From positions 49,741-113,740 of IMG/VR virus record IMGVR_UViG_3300032893_000011: a stretch of DNA of 64,000 nucleotides. The stretch is one strand, 5' to 3'. The stretch is from a virus. Made by a program: the position numbers and the translations under genes. Below, one piece after another: positions 18,960 through 29,246 of this stretch. The number at the start of each line of letters is the position of its first letter. Within the stretch, counting starts at the first letter, position 1. Below the pieces are notes generated by a model that searched no databases, was not told the DNA's origin, and saw only the letters and a program-made list of their open reading frames with translations.

Positions 18960-21155
18960 ATGAGCGGATCGCAGACCGGCAAATCCCCGCGCAGCGACGC
19001 CGAATGGGCGCGGGAAGTCAACCAGCGGCTGCGCTCCCTGGAACAGTCGGTCGTCGCCCGGATAGGGCAGTGGACCCTCTACAACACGGGCACGTCGCTG
19101 CTGGCCGCCCGCCCCGGGCAGGTCGTGGCCCTGGACACCACCGCGCAGCAATCCGACCTGTCCGCGGCGACGGCCCAGCTCAACAAGGGCATCACCGCCG
19201 CCTCACGCGCCGCGGCCGCCGCGCAGTCCACCGCCAACACCGCCCTGGCCGACGCCACATCCGGCAACAACCTTTGGACCGAGCTGCTCGCCGCCCTGGG
19301 CCTAAGTGATGTGCCCGGCCTGAGCGCCTGGCTGAGCACCGCAGAAACCGACGCCGCCAACGCCATCGACAACTGGACCAGCTTCTTGGCGACCATCGCG
19401 CAGGGCACGGCCGAGGAGGCAGCAGATCTGATCAATACCATAGAAACCGACGCCTCCACCGCGCTGGCCAACTGGACCAGTTTCCTGGCGGCCGTCGCGG
19501 CGGCGACGGTAGCCGACGCGGCCACCCTAATCACCGACGCGCAGGCGTGGCTGGCCCGGCTGATACAGGACGTGATCGTCCTGCTCGACGTGTTCCACCT
19601 GACGTACCAGCTCGGCTCCCCCAGCGACTCGATCACGCAGACCGGCAGCAACGGCAAACTGACGTGGCACGCCGCCTGGAACAACCTGATGGACCTGTTC
19701 GGCCTGGCCTTCTCGCAGTCCGCATTGACGGACCCGACGCCGACGACCGGCGACGTGATCAACACCAAACTGGACTCCACGTCGAACCTCGACGCCTCGA
19801 AGCTGACGAACATGGCCAACCACCCGACCCTGTCCGGGTCGAAGGTGACCGGCATCGCCAACGACATCGTCACGGACCTCCAGGACCACCTGGACAATGT
19901 GGTGTCGAAGTTCCTGAACGTGTCCGTGTCGGGATCGAGCCTGGCGGACGCCGCGACCGCCATGTCGGGAATCCAGGACACGGTCGCCTCCACCGCGCGG
20001 GCCGTGCAGGCCCTTCTGACGACGCAGCAGGCGGGCGGGTCGTCGGGACGCAACTACCAGGTCGACTTCACCACCTACCCGGCGGGCTCGTTCAGCCAGT
20101 GCCCGTTCGACGTGTCCTACACGGGCCTCGGCACCGGCTACATCGAGATAGCCAACAACGAGGCCTACTGGTACAAGGTCGCCAACGGCGACTGCATAGC
20201 ATTCGCCCTGTACGACGACGGCACCAACACCACCACCGACACCGACTACCAGTGGGCGCAGGCCACGGTGGCGGCGCCGATGGACTACAGCAACGGCGTC
20301 AGCGCCAGCAACAGCCTGGTCCTGCGGTGCGATGCGACCGGCCAGAACTACGTCTACGCCAGGGGTTACCGGGCGGGGCTCTTCGGCGCCGGGTTCTACG
20401 CCGAGCTGGGCTGCGTGGTCGGCGGTGTCACGACCGTCTTCGACACCGGCGTGCCCGCCGGCTACAACCTGAACCTCGGATTCAAGGCCGGGGTGGCGGG
20501 CGTGGCGAACCGCTTCCAGGTGTTCTCCGGCGACACCCCCGTCATCGACTACACCGACAGCGGCAACGTCTCCCAGATCGGCGCCAACTACCGCCGCTGG
20601 GGGTTCATCTCGTCCACCGGCAACAACGGCAACGCGGCACCGGCACCGGCGACGTACATCGGCTGCGCGGACACTGCCACACCATCAGTCACGGGCACCA
20701 CGTTCCGCCGGTGCCGCACCGGCACGGGTGTCGTGACGTTCACTTCTGGCAACAACCTGCTGGGAGGAACGTTCTTCGACTCACCCGACTACATCACCGA
20801 CAACATGGCCTTCGACACAGGTGCCGGGAAATTGACGGTCGGTAAGCAGGGCAACCTGCACATCGACGTCGCGGTCCTCGGCAACGGCGGCAATCCGACC
20901 TCCGCGCAGCAGGTCAGGTTGCTGCTGTACAAGAACAACGGGATCTTCCGCAGCGGCCGCACCGTCTGCTTGGTGCCCTCCTCCACCGCTGGGGCCCTCG
21001 GGGCCTTCTGGGGCTTCCAGGAGACGTTCATGATCCCCGTGGCCGCCAACGACTACCTGCAGCTGGGGTACAACTCGACTGCGACGATATCAACGCCGGG
21101 GATGACCGGGGAGGCGTCGGGCACCCAGACATGGTGGGACGCCGTCTATCTGTGA
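18960..21155 (+). CDS. Minor tail protein
   Basis: PRSDAEWAREVNQRLRSLE N-terminus and beta-rich C-terminus with GANYRRWGF; GGAGG RBS. Confidence 0.75.
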   Translation: MSGSQTGKSPRSDAEWAREVNQRLRSLEQSVVARIGQWTLYNTGTSLLAARPGQVVALDTTAQQSDLSAATAQLNKGITAASRAAAAAQSTANTALADATSGNNLWTELLAALGLSDVPGLSAWLSTAETDAANAIDNWTSFLATIAQGTAEEAADLINTIETDASTALANWTSFLAAVAAATVADAATLITDAQAWLARLIQDVIVLLDVFHLTYQLGSPSDSITQTGSNGKLTWHAAWNNLMDLFGLAFSQSALTDPTPTTGDVINTKLDSTSNLDASKLTNMANHPTLSGSKVTGIANDIVTDLQDHLDNVVSKFLNVSVSGSSLADAATAMSGIQDTVASTARAVQALLTTQQAGGSSGRNYQVDFTTYPAGSFSQCPFDVSYTGLGTGYIEIANNEAYWYKVANGDCIAFALYDDGTNTTTDTDYQWAQATVAAPMDYSNGVSASNSLVLRCDATGQNYVYARGYRAGLFGAGFYAELGCVVGGVTTVFDTGVPAGYNLNLGFKAGVAGVANRFQVFSGDTPVIDYTDSGNVSQIGANYRRWGFISSTGNNGNAAPAPATYIGCADTATPSVTGTTFRRCRTGTGVVTFTSGNNLLGGTFFDSPDYITDNMAFDTGAGKLTVGKQGNLHIDVAVLGNGGNPTSAQQVRLLLYKNNGIFRSGRTVCLVPSSTAGALGAFWGFQETFMIPVAANDYLQLGYNSTATISTPGMTGEASGTQTWWDAVYL

Positions 21156-21187
21156 GCGGGCGCAGGGCGCGGCGATAAGCTCCCGCC

Positions 21188-21874
21188 GTGACCACCGGAG
21201 GCAGTGGCTACGGCCCTCAGGGCGCGGCGACGATGACACCCGTCAGCGTATGCGTCGGCCAGCAGCTCACCACCGTCTGGGACGACGAGCAGCAGATCTA
21301 CGTGCTGCAGATGGCGCCGTGCTCGGTCCCGCAGCTGGTCGCCGACGCCCGGTTCGACTCCGGCGCCGACGGCAACATCACCGAAACCACCACAGCCCCC
21401 GGCAAGCTCCTCATCGACGGGCAGCTGTCGTGGCGCAACAACACGCCCGTGGTGCACAACGTCGTGATCCGGGTGACGCGCCGCTACCGGCACTGGATCA
21501 CGTCAAACCCCAACGCCGTGCAGTTCAGGGACCGCTGGACGTGGGGCATCGACACCGCCGCGCTCACCGAGCCGATCACCACCAGCATCTACAACGGGCA
21601 GGTCGGGTCCGCCAACGACATCGGCACCAACACCGTCGCCGAACCCAACCAGGGCCTGTACGAGCAGTGGTGGGGCACCGGCTGCAACGACGAATGGGTC
21701 GGGCCGATCAACCCCGGCTCGATACTGCAGGTGTGGTACCGCTGCTACGTGTGGACCCCGCCGCCATGGTCGGATAATGCCAACCTCAACAACCCCAAGC
21801 ACCTGGCCGAGGCTGGGTGGACCCGCGTGCAGCTGATCGCCTACCCCAACCAAGGAGCACTGGTCTCCGGATGA
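21188..21874 (+). CDS. Minor tail protein
   Basis: Located in the tail operon; coupled to the next gene by an ATGA overlap. Confidence 0.65.
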   Translation: MTTGGSGYGPQGAATMTPVSVCVGQQLTTVWDDEQQIYVLQMAPCSVPQLVADARFDSGADGNITETTTAPGKLLIDGQLSWRNNTPVVHNVVIRVTRRYRHWITSNPNAVQFRDRWTWGIDTAALTEPITTSIYNGQVGSANDIGTNTVAEPNQGLYEQWWGTGCNDEWVGPINPGSILQVWYRCYVWTPPPWSDNANLNNPKHLAEAGWTRVQLIAYPNQGALVSG

Positions 21875-22515
21875 GCAGCCTCAAGGTGTTGTGCGCCGAG
21901 TTCATGTTGAGCGACAACAACGGCCTGGGGGTGCGCCGCTCGTGGTTGCTGCGCAAGGTCGCCGAGTCCTTCACCGGCTCCACGAAGGACGGGCCGATCC
22001 AAATCAGCCCCGACCCGGTCACCATGATCGACGCCGACCTGTACTGGTACAACGACACCCCCGACCCGCAGGACATCTGGGTGATCGTGTCGCGGGCGCC
22101 GCGCTCGGTGGTGGTGCAATCGCCCTGCACCGTCATCATCCTGGAGGGCTCCAGCTCCCAGATCGGTGAGAACCCGCAGGCCGACTACCCCAGCATGGTC
22201 GACGACGCGTTCGGCGGCGGCATCGCCATCGACCGCCTCGAAGTCTCCTCCGGGTCGCTGCAGTACGGGCGGTTCTTCTTCGACGGCGACGACACCCAGT
22301 CCTACAAGCACGTGGGCATCGTCCCGCCGGGGCAGGCGTTCCACTTCTGGTACATAAGCGCCGTGCAAACCCCCGGCCTGTGGACCGAGGCAACAGACTT
22401 CGTCACCGACTGGGAGGCCGACGCCCGCTGGGTGCGGCTGATCGCGATGGCGATGCCCGTCGACGTGGCCACCGCCCTGATCGTGGCACCCGGCTCGGGG
22501 GGCAGCGGCTCGTGA
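21871..22515 (+). CDS. Minor tail protein
   Basis: ATGA overlap; WYNDTP.PQ motif echoes WRNNTP and WINLSP in the neighbouring genes. Confidence 0.65.
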   Translation: MSSLKVLCAEFMLSDNNGLGVRRSWLLRKVAESFTGSTKDGPIQISPDPVTMIDADLYWYNDTPDPQDIWVIVSRAPRSVVVQSPCTVIILEGSSSQIGENPQADYPSMVDDAFGGGIAIDRLEVSSGSLQYGRFFFDGDDTQSYKHVGIVPPGQAFHFWYISAVQTPGLWTEATDFVTDWEADARWVRLIAMAMPVDVATALIVAPGSGGSGS

Positions 22516-24707
22516 CCGTGTCGGTGCTGTGCGTGCCGGGCCTGTTCGAAACGGCGGCGTCGATGAAGAACCTGCTCGCCGGGACCGCCGTCGCGGGAAA
22601 CACGCAAGTCAACTGTCCCTACAACAACTGGGCGCCGCTGGACGGCAACGTCGACAACGGGGTGACCGCGTTCGACGCGCTCGCCAACTCCACCGGCGGC
22701 GTGAAAATCGCGTTCGGCGACGGCCTGGGGGCGTGCGTGCTGACGCGGTGGCTCGCGCAGAAGGGCCCCACGTCGGGCATCCCGCCAGCCGATTTGACGT
22801 TCGTGCTGATCCGCAACCCCGACCGCACCTACGGCGGGCTGCTGCACTCCACCACCTACGACGGCACGTTCGTCGACCCGGCGGGCAACTCGTGGCTGCT
22901 CACCCCCGACACGGTGCCCGCAGGCACCCCCTACACCGTCGCGGACCTGGCGGTGCAGTACGACGGGTGGTGCGACTGGCCCGACATCACCACCTCCCAC
23001 TGGTACTGGCTCGCCGAGCTGAACGCCCTGGCCGGGATAACCGACGCGAACTACAAGACCCCCACCCTCGGCGACGTCAACAACACCGAACTTATTGAGG
23101 GCAACATCACCTGGCTGCTGGCCCCGACCGTCCCGGTGCCGCTGCTGGGCACCCTCGACAACCCGGCCACCGAGGCGATCGACAAGAAGCTGCGGCCCCT
23201 GATCGAGTCGTGCTACAGCCGCGAATACACCCCCATCGGCTACACGCCCCCGTCGACGATCCCCTACCCGGCGGTGGCCACCGTCGCCTGCGCCGACCCG
23301 GCCCACTTCTACGTCCACAACGGCGGCCTGACCCCGCAGCCGTGGATGCAGCTGCAGAGGGTCACCGGCGCAACGTTCCCCGCGCAGACCGTCAAGTTCC
23401 CGATCACCAACACCGGCACCAACTACGACAAGCTCCTACAGACCGCCGGGGCGACGTGGATCAACCTGTCACCCGTCGCACAGTGGGTGTACGGGCTGGT
23501 CACCTGCGGCCCCAACCGGGTCACCCTGCAGGCCCGCAGCAAGGGCTACATCGCCGTGTGGACGGCCATCGACTACGGCTACAACACCAGCCCCACCCTG
23601 GTGGAGGCCAGCCGGTTCGGCATCGGCGCCGACGACGGGTTCGCCGGGGTCATCTCCACGGGCATCGCCTACTGCGAAGCCGAGGTCCGTGCCAACACCA
23701 GGACGTTCACCGTGGCGCCCGAAGAGACCGGATGGATGAGGGTCGAGCCGGGGCAGGCCGTCACCGCGATGGTGCACACCCGTTTCACGTCGACGAACTG
23801 GGAGACCAGCGACATCGACGGCGGCGACACCGAATGCGTGTCGTCCATCGACTGCGGCGAACTGACGCTGGACATGTTCGCGACACCGGTGATCGAACCC
23901 GCCCCGCCCACACTCGGCGTGCTGGGGGCCCCGGCGATCACCGTCATCGAGGTGTACGGCGGCAAGGTCTCGGGCTACAAACACGCGCCGTACACCCCGA
24001 CACCGACAACCGACTGGCTGAACACGGCGCTGGACCCGTCGGTGTTCATCTGGACGGCCGTCGACTTCCCGACGACCGTGTTCCCGCTGTCGGCGGCGAT
24101 CGCCGCGGGTGTCGCCGACACGGTAGCGGTGATCAACGCGGTCAGCGGGCCGTTCATCCTCGTCGGCCACGGGGTCGGCGCGTCGGTGATATCGGGGGTC
24201 TACGACCAGATCCGCAGCGGCTCCCTGACCGCGCGACGCGCCGACCTGCTCGCCGGTGTCACATTCGGCAACCCGCGGCGCCAAAAGGACCACCTGTGGC
24301 CGGGCGTCGCCAACCCCGACCCCGGTGCGGCCGGGATCGACCCCAGCCCGCTATCAGGCACGGAAGGCCTGTGGTGGGACTTCGTCAACGCCAGGGACCC
24401 CCTGGCTGACGTGCAGGCCTCCACCCAGGCCGGGGGGTGGGCCGCCAACGTGTGGGCGATCCTCACCAACCGGATCGCCGACGGCACATGGGCCTCGGTC
24501 ACCGCATGGCTTGGCAGCGTGTCGGAGGCCGAAACGGACCTGGCGCAGCAGATCTGGAACTGCATATACGGCGCGCCACTGGCCGGCGCCAACCCAAACC
24601 TGACGTACAACACCACCAAGCCGCTGGCCCCGCACGACAAACGCACCAGCCTCAACATAGCCCTGGACTACATCACAGGCTTCGCGGGCAGCAACTGGGG
24701 CCCCTGA
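22512..24707 (+). CDS. Minor tail protein with PE-PPE-type and LysB/cutinase-type alpha/beta-hydrolase domains, both lacking the nucleophile Ser
   Basis: FGDGLGA..., FVLIRNPDR.YGG and QYDGWCDWP (PE-PPE fold); LVGHGVGA... and GVTFGNPRR (LysB fold). Confidence 0.7.
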   Translation: MTVSVLCVPGLFETAASMKNLLAGTAVAGNTQVNCPYNNWAPLDGNVDNGVTAFDALANSTGGVKIAFGDGLGACVLTRWLAQKGPTSGIPPADLTFVLIRNPDRTYGGLLHSTTYDGTFVDPAGNSWLLTPDTVPAGTPYTVADLAVQYDGWCDWPDITTSHWYWLAELNALAGITDANYKTPTLGDVNNTELIEGNITWLLAPTVPVPLLGTLDNPATEAIDKKLRPLIESCYSREYTPIGYTPPSTIPYPAVATVACADPAHFYVHNGGLTPQPWMQLQRVTGATFPAQTVKFPITNTGTNYDKLLQTAGATWINLSPVAQWVYGLVTCGPNRVTLQARSKGYIAVWTAIDYGYNTSPTLVEASRFGIGADDGFAGVISTGIAYCEAEVRANTRTFTVAPEETGWMRVEPGQAVTAMVHTRFTSTNWETSDIDGGDTECVSSIDCGELTLDMFATPVIEPAPPTLGVLGAPAITVIEVYGGKVSGYKHAPYTPTPTTDWLNTALDPSVFIWTAVDFPTTVFPLSAAIAAGVADTVAVINAVSGPFILVGHGVGASVISGVYDQIRSGSLTARRADLLAGVTFGNPRRQKDHLWPGVANPDPGAAGIDPSPLSGTEGLWWDFVNARDPLADVQASTQAGGWAANVWAILTNRIADGTWASVTAWLGSVSEAETDLAQQIWNCIYGAPLAGANPNLTYNTTKPLAPHDKRTSLNIALDYITGFAGSNWGP

Positions 24708-25360
24708 TGCTGAAGGTGCCGCCGGGCTACGACGACCTGCTCGGCGACGCCGCCGCCGCGCCGATCCGCGGCGAACTGCACAAACTCGACGTCGAAGGGG
24801 TGGCGGCGCTGCTGGCGCGCCGACCGCAGCCGCGCTCGACAGCCGCACTCGCGGCCGCCACCCAGCGCGGCAGCCCCCCGGCCGAGAAAGTCAAACACCT
24901 GCACACATTCGTGTGCGACCACCTGGAGCCCGGCGGGTTCGATGCGCTGCTGATCGGGATGAGCCTCGACGAGCTGCCCGCCGACACGTTCGGACTGGTC
25001 ACCCGGGCGCTGGTCACGTGGGGCACCGCCCGGCCCTACACCGCGGCGGCCACCCTCGCGTCGATGACCGGGCACCACTGGCGCACAGTGCGCGCACACC
25101 TGATCAACCACGGCATCGCCGACCCGATGGGCCTGCCTTCGATGCACGCCCTCCTAGACATCACCGAGACGATGGTGATCGAGGCCATCCAGGAGGACAA
25201 GCCCGAGAAGACCAGGCTCAAGCGGGAGCAGTTCTACAACCAGCTCTACGTCCCCGACCGGGTCGCCGTGTCGGTCGACGGCAAGACCAAACCCGCGCTG
25301 GCGGAGCCGGAGGTGGCCGAGGAGGCGTTCGACCAGTTCGCTCGCGCGCTCGGCGGATAG
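24707..25360 (+). CDS. Hypothetical protein, possibly tail-assembly-chaperone-like
   Basis: TGATG coupling; RPY...HWRTVRAHL..GIADPM..P..H.LLD resembles actinophage chaperone C-terminal regions. Confidence 0.5.
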   Translation: MLKVPPGYDDLLGDAAAAPIRGELHKLDVEGVAALLARRPQPRSTAALAAATQRGSPPAEKVKHLHTFVCDHLEPGGFDALLIGMSLDELPADTFGLVTRALVTWGTARPYTAAATLASMTGHHWRTVRAHLINHGIADPMGLPSMHALLDITETMVIEAIQEDKPEKTRLKREQFYNQLYVPDRVAVSVDGKTKPALAEPEVAEEAFDQFARALGG

Positions 25361-25369
25361 CATCACGCC

Positions 25370-25786
25370 ATGCCCCTGTGCTACGTGCTTTTCGACCCCG
25401 ACCAGCCGCAAGGCAGCCAGTTCGAGTCACCGGCGGTGCGCGCCGAACTGGGCTACCTCGCCCCGACGTTCGTGGCGCCCGGCTCGGTCGGGCCGGTGCA
25501 GCTGGCGCCCGGCGCCGTCACCAACACCGCCCTGGCGGCCGGGGCGGTCACCAGCGACAAGATCGCCGCCAGCGGCGTCGACAGCGCCAACTTGGCCCTG
25601 GCGTGCGTCGAATCCGCCAACATCGCCGACGGGGCGGTGGGCCCCACCCAGGCGGGCATCGGGATACTCACGGTGGTCAACTCGGCGGGCAACCCCACAA
25701 CCCTGCAGGCGATGATCCTGTCCGCAGCCCAGTACGCGGCGATCAGCAGCCCCAGCCCCAACATCCTCTACCTGATCACACCCTGA
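25370..25786 (+). CDS. Small virion protein with GAVTxxK(I/L)A repeats
   Basis: GSVGPVQLAPGAVTNTALAAGAVTSDKIA repeats; C-terminal QYAAI..P.PNILYLI. Confidence 0.65.
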   Translation: MPLCYVLFDPDQPQGSQFESPAVRAELGYLAPTFVAPGSVGPVQLAPGAVTNTALAAGAVTSDKIAASGVDSANLALACVESANIADGAVGPTQAGIGILTVVNSAGNPTTLQAMILSAAQYAAISSPSPNILYLITP

Positions 25787-26610
25787 TGTCCGGGCCGTTC
25801 GGCATCCCCTGGCACTACAAGCTCAAAGCGGAGCAGGTCATCACCGCGCAGGCCAGCGCCGCGCTGGAAGTCTCCGAGCTGCCCCAGGTGTCGGCGGTCG
25901 GGTCGACCCAGCTCGCAGACATCCGCATCGGCCCGACACGGCTGATACTGGTGTGCATCGGCTCGCAAATCGTGTGGCAACCCCAGACGATCTCCGCCCT
26001 TTTCAACCTGTACACCGACGCAGACTCGCTGCCCGACCCGTGGATCAACGAAATCCCCTACAACATCCTCGACCCGACCACCTGGTACACGGCCGGGGTG
26101 ACCGGCGGGGCTATGCGCTTCGAGATGCCCCAAGGCCTGGTGGGCTGGCCCGCGATATTCTCCTCCCGCTACCGCAACTCCAACCAGACGTTCGGCGACG
26201 ACGGATGGATCGAAATCCAAGTCGCCAACGCCGGGAGCGCCCCCAGCTACGGCAACACGTTCAACACGCAGGTGTACCGGCGCTACAGCAACGACGGCTC
26301 CTACGACAACGGGGTGGGCATCGACCTGTCGGTGGGGGAGATCAGCATCGTCACCCGCGTCGGGGGCACCGAAACCCTGCAGCAGGACTGCGGCCCGTTC
26401 GTCAACGGCGACGTGATCCGACAAACCCAGGCCGGCAACGAGTTCGCCGTCATCGTCAACGGCGAGCAGACCGGCGCGTGGACCGACGAGGGCGGCATCA
26501 CCGCCTCGGGCCCCGCCGAACGCTCGGTCGGGATCTACGTGTCGGGCACCAAAGACTTCCTCGGGCCGCGCCGCTTCTCCCCGTCGCTGTCCTACATCGA
26601 AGCGGTCTGA
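25786..26610 (+). CDS. Minor tail / structural protein
   Basis: TGATG coupling; beta-rich; ends GPAERSVG...RRFSPSL. Confidence 0.6.
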   Translation: MSGPFGIPWHYKLKAEQVITAQASAALEVSELPQVSAVGSTQLADIRIGPTRLILVCIGSQIVWQPQTISALFNLYTDADSLPDPWINEIPYNILDPTTWYTAGVTGGAMRFEMPQGLVGWPAIFSSRYRNSNQTFGDDGWIEIQVANAGSAPSYGNTFNTQVYRRYSNDGSYDNGVGIDLSVGEISIVTRVGGTETLQQDCGPFVNGDVIRQTQAGNEFAVIVNGEQTGAWTDEGGITASGPAERSVGIYVSGTKDFLGPRRFSPSLSYIEAV

Positions 26611-26630
26611 CGGGGGGGTAGGTTCGTGTC

Positions 26631-27623
26631 GTGACGATCTTCTATCCCGACGTGTCCAACAACAACTGGGGCGGCCCGGGTCTGACAGACGGCGGGGCCA
26701 ACAGCCTGTACAGCTTCCTGACGCCGCTGCTGGCGCAGGGGTTCGCCGGGGTGTGCCACAAGATGAGCCAGGGCGGCGGCGCGAACGCCTACGTCGACCC
26801 CTACGGCGCCCTGTGTCAGGCGTGGTGCGCCCAGAACGGGGTGCCGTTTCTGGGGTACCACTGGGTCACCTGCGACCCCGCGCAGGCGCAGGCCGACAAC
26901 TGGCGCGCCGCGGGCGGCGGCGAGTGCGCGATGCTCGACTGGGAGGCCGGCGGCGGGCCCGGGGCGGACGACTTCAGTGGCGACATCGACAACTTCTGGG
27001 CGGTCACAAACGCGTTCAACGCCGCCAACGTCAACGTGGCCGTAGGCTACAACCCGCGGTGGTACCTGGAGGGCGCCGGGTCGGGTGCGGGCACCGACCT
27101 GTCGGCGTTCGCCACGGCCGGGATAGCGCTGGTCTCCTCGGGCTACCCGGCCGGGTCGACAGCCGACTACGCCTGGAGCCTGTACTTCAACCAGTGCGGC
27201 GGCGACGGCGGGGAGGGCTGGGCGCCCTACGACGGCGCCACCCCCGCCGCGTGGCAGTTCACGTCGTCGGCGATCGTGTCCGGCGTAGGAGGTGTCGACG
27301 TCAACGCCTACAAGGGCGCAGACATCAACACCCTGTTCGGCACCGCCGCCCCGCCGAAGCCGCCGCCGGCCGGGCCGCCCGACAGTGTCGTCGTCAACGG
27401 TGTCACCCTGTACGTGTCGCGGTCCAAGTACCGCGACCGCACCGCGCAGCCGTCCTACAGCCTGGTCGACCTGGCACGCAACGACGACGCCATGATCCAC
27501 GAATCCGACGTGATCCGGCGCGCGATCGAAGGCGACACCGCCTGCCAGGCCGTCATCAAGACGGTCGCCACCCAGTACGGCGACCCCGAATCGGCGCTGC
27601 TCGTCAAAAAGTACGGATGGTGA
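26631..27623 (+). CDS. lysA: Lysin A, GH25 muramidase
   Basis: PDVSNNN, K.SQG, GYHW, MLDWE (DxE), WQFTS and DVNAYKG motifs. Confidence 0.85.
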   Translation: MTIFYPDVSNNNWGGPGLTDGGANSLYSFLTPLLAQGFAGVCHKMSQGGGANAYVDPYGALCQAWCAQNGVPFLGYHWVTCDPAQAQADNWRAAGGGECAMLDWEAGGGPGADDFSGDIDNFWAVTNAFNAANVNVAVGYNPRWYLEGAGSGAGTDLSAFATAGIALVSSGYPAGSTADYAWSLYFNQCGGDGGEGWAPYDGATPAAWQFTSSAIVSGVGGVDVNAYKGADINTLFGTAAPPKPPPAGPPDSVVVNGVTLYVSRSKYRDRTAQPSYSLVDLARNDDAMIHESDVIRRAIEGDTACQAVIKTVATQYGDPESALLVKKYGW

Positions 27624-27627
27624 AGAA

Positions 27628-28563
27628 ATGGCCAAGCATGTCGTGATCTGCGCGCAGGGCACCGGGGTGTCCATGTGGGACGCCGACGCCCCCCAACCCT
27701 ACGGGGTCGCGATGGCGCTCGACTCCAACCGCTGCTACCCCCAGCCGCTGGGCAACTACCCCGCGTCGGTCGTCAACCCGCAGATGGGCGAATCCGTCCA
27801 GGACGGCGTCAACGAGATCGTGCGCCTCCTCACCGACGTGTACTACCCGGGCTGCACCAAGGACGGCTCCGGCGGGGCCGGGTCGAGCATCATCCTGCTC
27901 GGATACAGCCAGGGCGCGTGGGTGGTGAGCGCGTTCATGGCCAACGAGTGCCACAGCCCCGTCGGGCGCTGCCACCAGCGCTGGCTGGGCGGCGACATCG
28001 TGTGCGTCGCCGTGTGGGGCAACCCGCTGAGATGCCCCGGGTACGCCTCCGGCAACCAGTTCGCCGGCTGGCCGATGCCTGCCCCGCTGGACGGGTTGAC
28101 CACCGGCGGCATCGGCGGCCCCGAGGACCTGCAGCCCGCTGTGATGGCCTGCCAAAACCCCCACCAGCGCCACTACTGGGGCGAGTTCGTCAACACCCTG
28201 TCCACGTCGGCGCGATCCATCTACGAGGACTGCCCCGTCGGCCCGCCCGCCGGGCAACCATCCGGGGCGGCGATCAACACCGCCGGGCCGCCGTGGACGA
28301 ACGAGCCCGACGAGGGCATGTGGTCCACCCAGATCTTCGACCTCGTCCAGGCATGGTTCCCGGCCCTGTTCACGTTCATCCTCAAGGTCGTCGAAATCTT
28401 CGGGCCGGGCCTGCTGCCCCACCTGATCGGCATCGGCGAGGCGGTGTGGAACGCGGGCATGTTCGCCGCCGCCGGGCCCAACGCGTCGCACTACACCTAC
28501 CAGACGGGCCCGATCATCGCGTTCGTCGGGCTGGCCGCCAACGAGGTCGAGCCTAGGGGCTGA
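27628..28563 (+). CDS. lysB: Lysin B (cutinase-like esterase)
   Basis: GTG, NYPAS, GYSQGA nucleophile elbow, WGNPLR and C-terminal His; follows lysin A. Confidence 0.85.
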   Translation: MAKHVVICAQGTGVSMWDADAPQPYGVAMALDSNRCYPQPLGNYPASVVNPQMGESVQDGVNEIVRLLTDVYYPGCTKDGSGGAGSSIILLGYSQGAWVVSAFMANECHSPVGRCHQRWLGGDIVCVAVWGNPLRCPGYASGNQFAGWPMPAPLDGLTTGGIGGPEDLQPAVMACQNPHQRHYWGEFVNTLSTSARSIYEDCPVGPPAGQPSGAAINTAGPPWTNEPDEGMWSTQIFDLVQAWFPALFTFILKVVEIFGPGLLPHLIGIGEAVWNAGMFAAAGPNASHYTYQTGPIIAFVGLAANEVEPRG

Positions 28564-28566
28564 ATG

Positions 28567-28884
28567 CTACGCGGGAGGCGCGGGCGGGTCCGGGTCGGCG
28601 ACCTGAAGGGCCTCCAGCCGCAGCCGGTCCCGCAGCGTCTCAGCGACCGCCCGCAGCGTCTCAGCGACCGCGATCCTGGAAACGTCGCACTCGAACACGC
28701 CCTCCGGCTTGCCGCGGATCGTCTGCGCCACGTCGTCGCACCACCGCGCGGCGCCCTCCAACCCGTCCTTGACGCCCTCCACGTAGGACTGCCGGATGAG
28801 GTGGGTGGTCCACGAGCTGATCAGCTCGGCGGACGCCTGCATGGCCGCCCACCGCCCCGGCTGCTCGTCCGGGCGCACCGTCAC
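28567..28884 (-). CDS. Hypothetical phage protein
   Basis: GTGA overlap with the upstream gene; contains a 21-nt tandem duplication (AVAETLR x2). Confidence 0.55.
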   Translation of the reverse strand: MTVRPDEQPGRWAAMQASAELISSWTTHLIRQSYVEGVKDGLEGAARWCDDVAQTIRGKPEGVFECDVSRIAVAETLRAVAETLRDRLRLEALQVADPDPPAPPA

Positions 28885-29246
28885 GGCTGGTCCCGAACCA
28901 TCGCCTCGGCGGCTGCCAGGCTGCGGCGCGCCGAGGCGATCGGGTCCAGGCGGGCCCGCAGCGACGGCCGCGGGTCGCACCCCGGCAGCTCGGTCGACAG
29001 GAGCAGCTGCTCGTGGTCGTAGACGTGTCGGGTCTCCTCGTTGCGGGCCCGCACAAGGATCGGCCGCCACCCGTCGGTGTCGGCGGGGAAGTCCACGCGG
29101 TCGTGGTAGATGACAAACCAGTAGGCGGCGCAGCGCTCCCGGGTGGTCCAATCGTAGGGGTAGGGCGGCGGGTCGGGCGCGGCCTTCATGTTGCCCGCCG
29201 CCTGTATCGCCCGCTGGCGTTCGTGCCACTCGTCGCTGCCGCTCAC
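28881..29246 (-). CDS. Hypothetical phage protein
   Basis: Coupled ORF in the leftward operon. Confidence 0.6.
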   Translation of the reverse strand: MSGSDEWHERQRAIQAAGNMKAAPDPPPYPYDWTTRERCAAYWFVIYHDRVDFPADTDGWRPILVRARNEETRHVYDHEQLLLSTELPGCDPRPSLRARLDPIASARRSLAAAEAMVRDQP

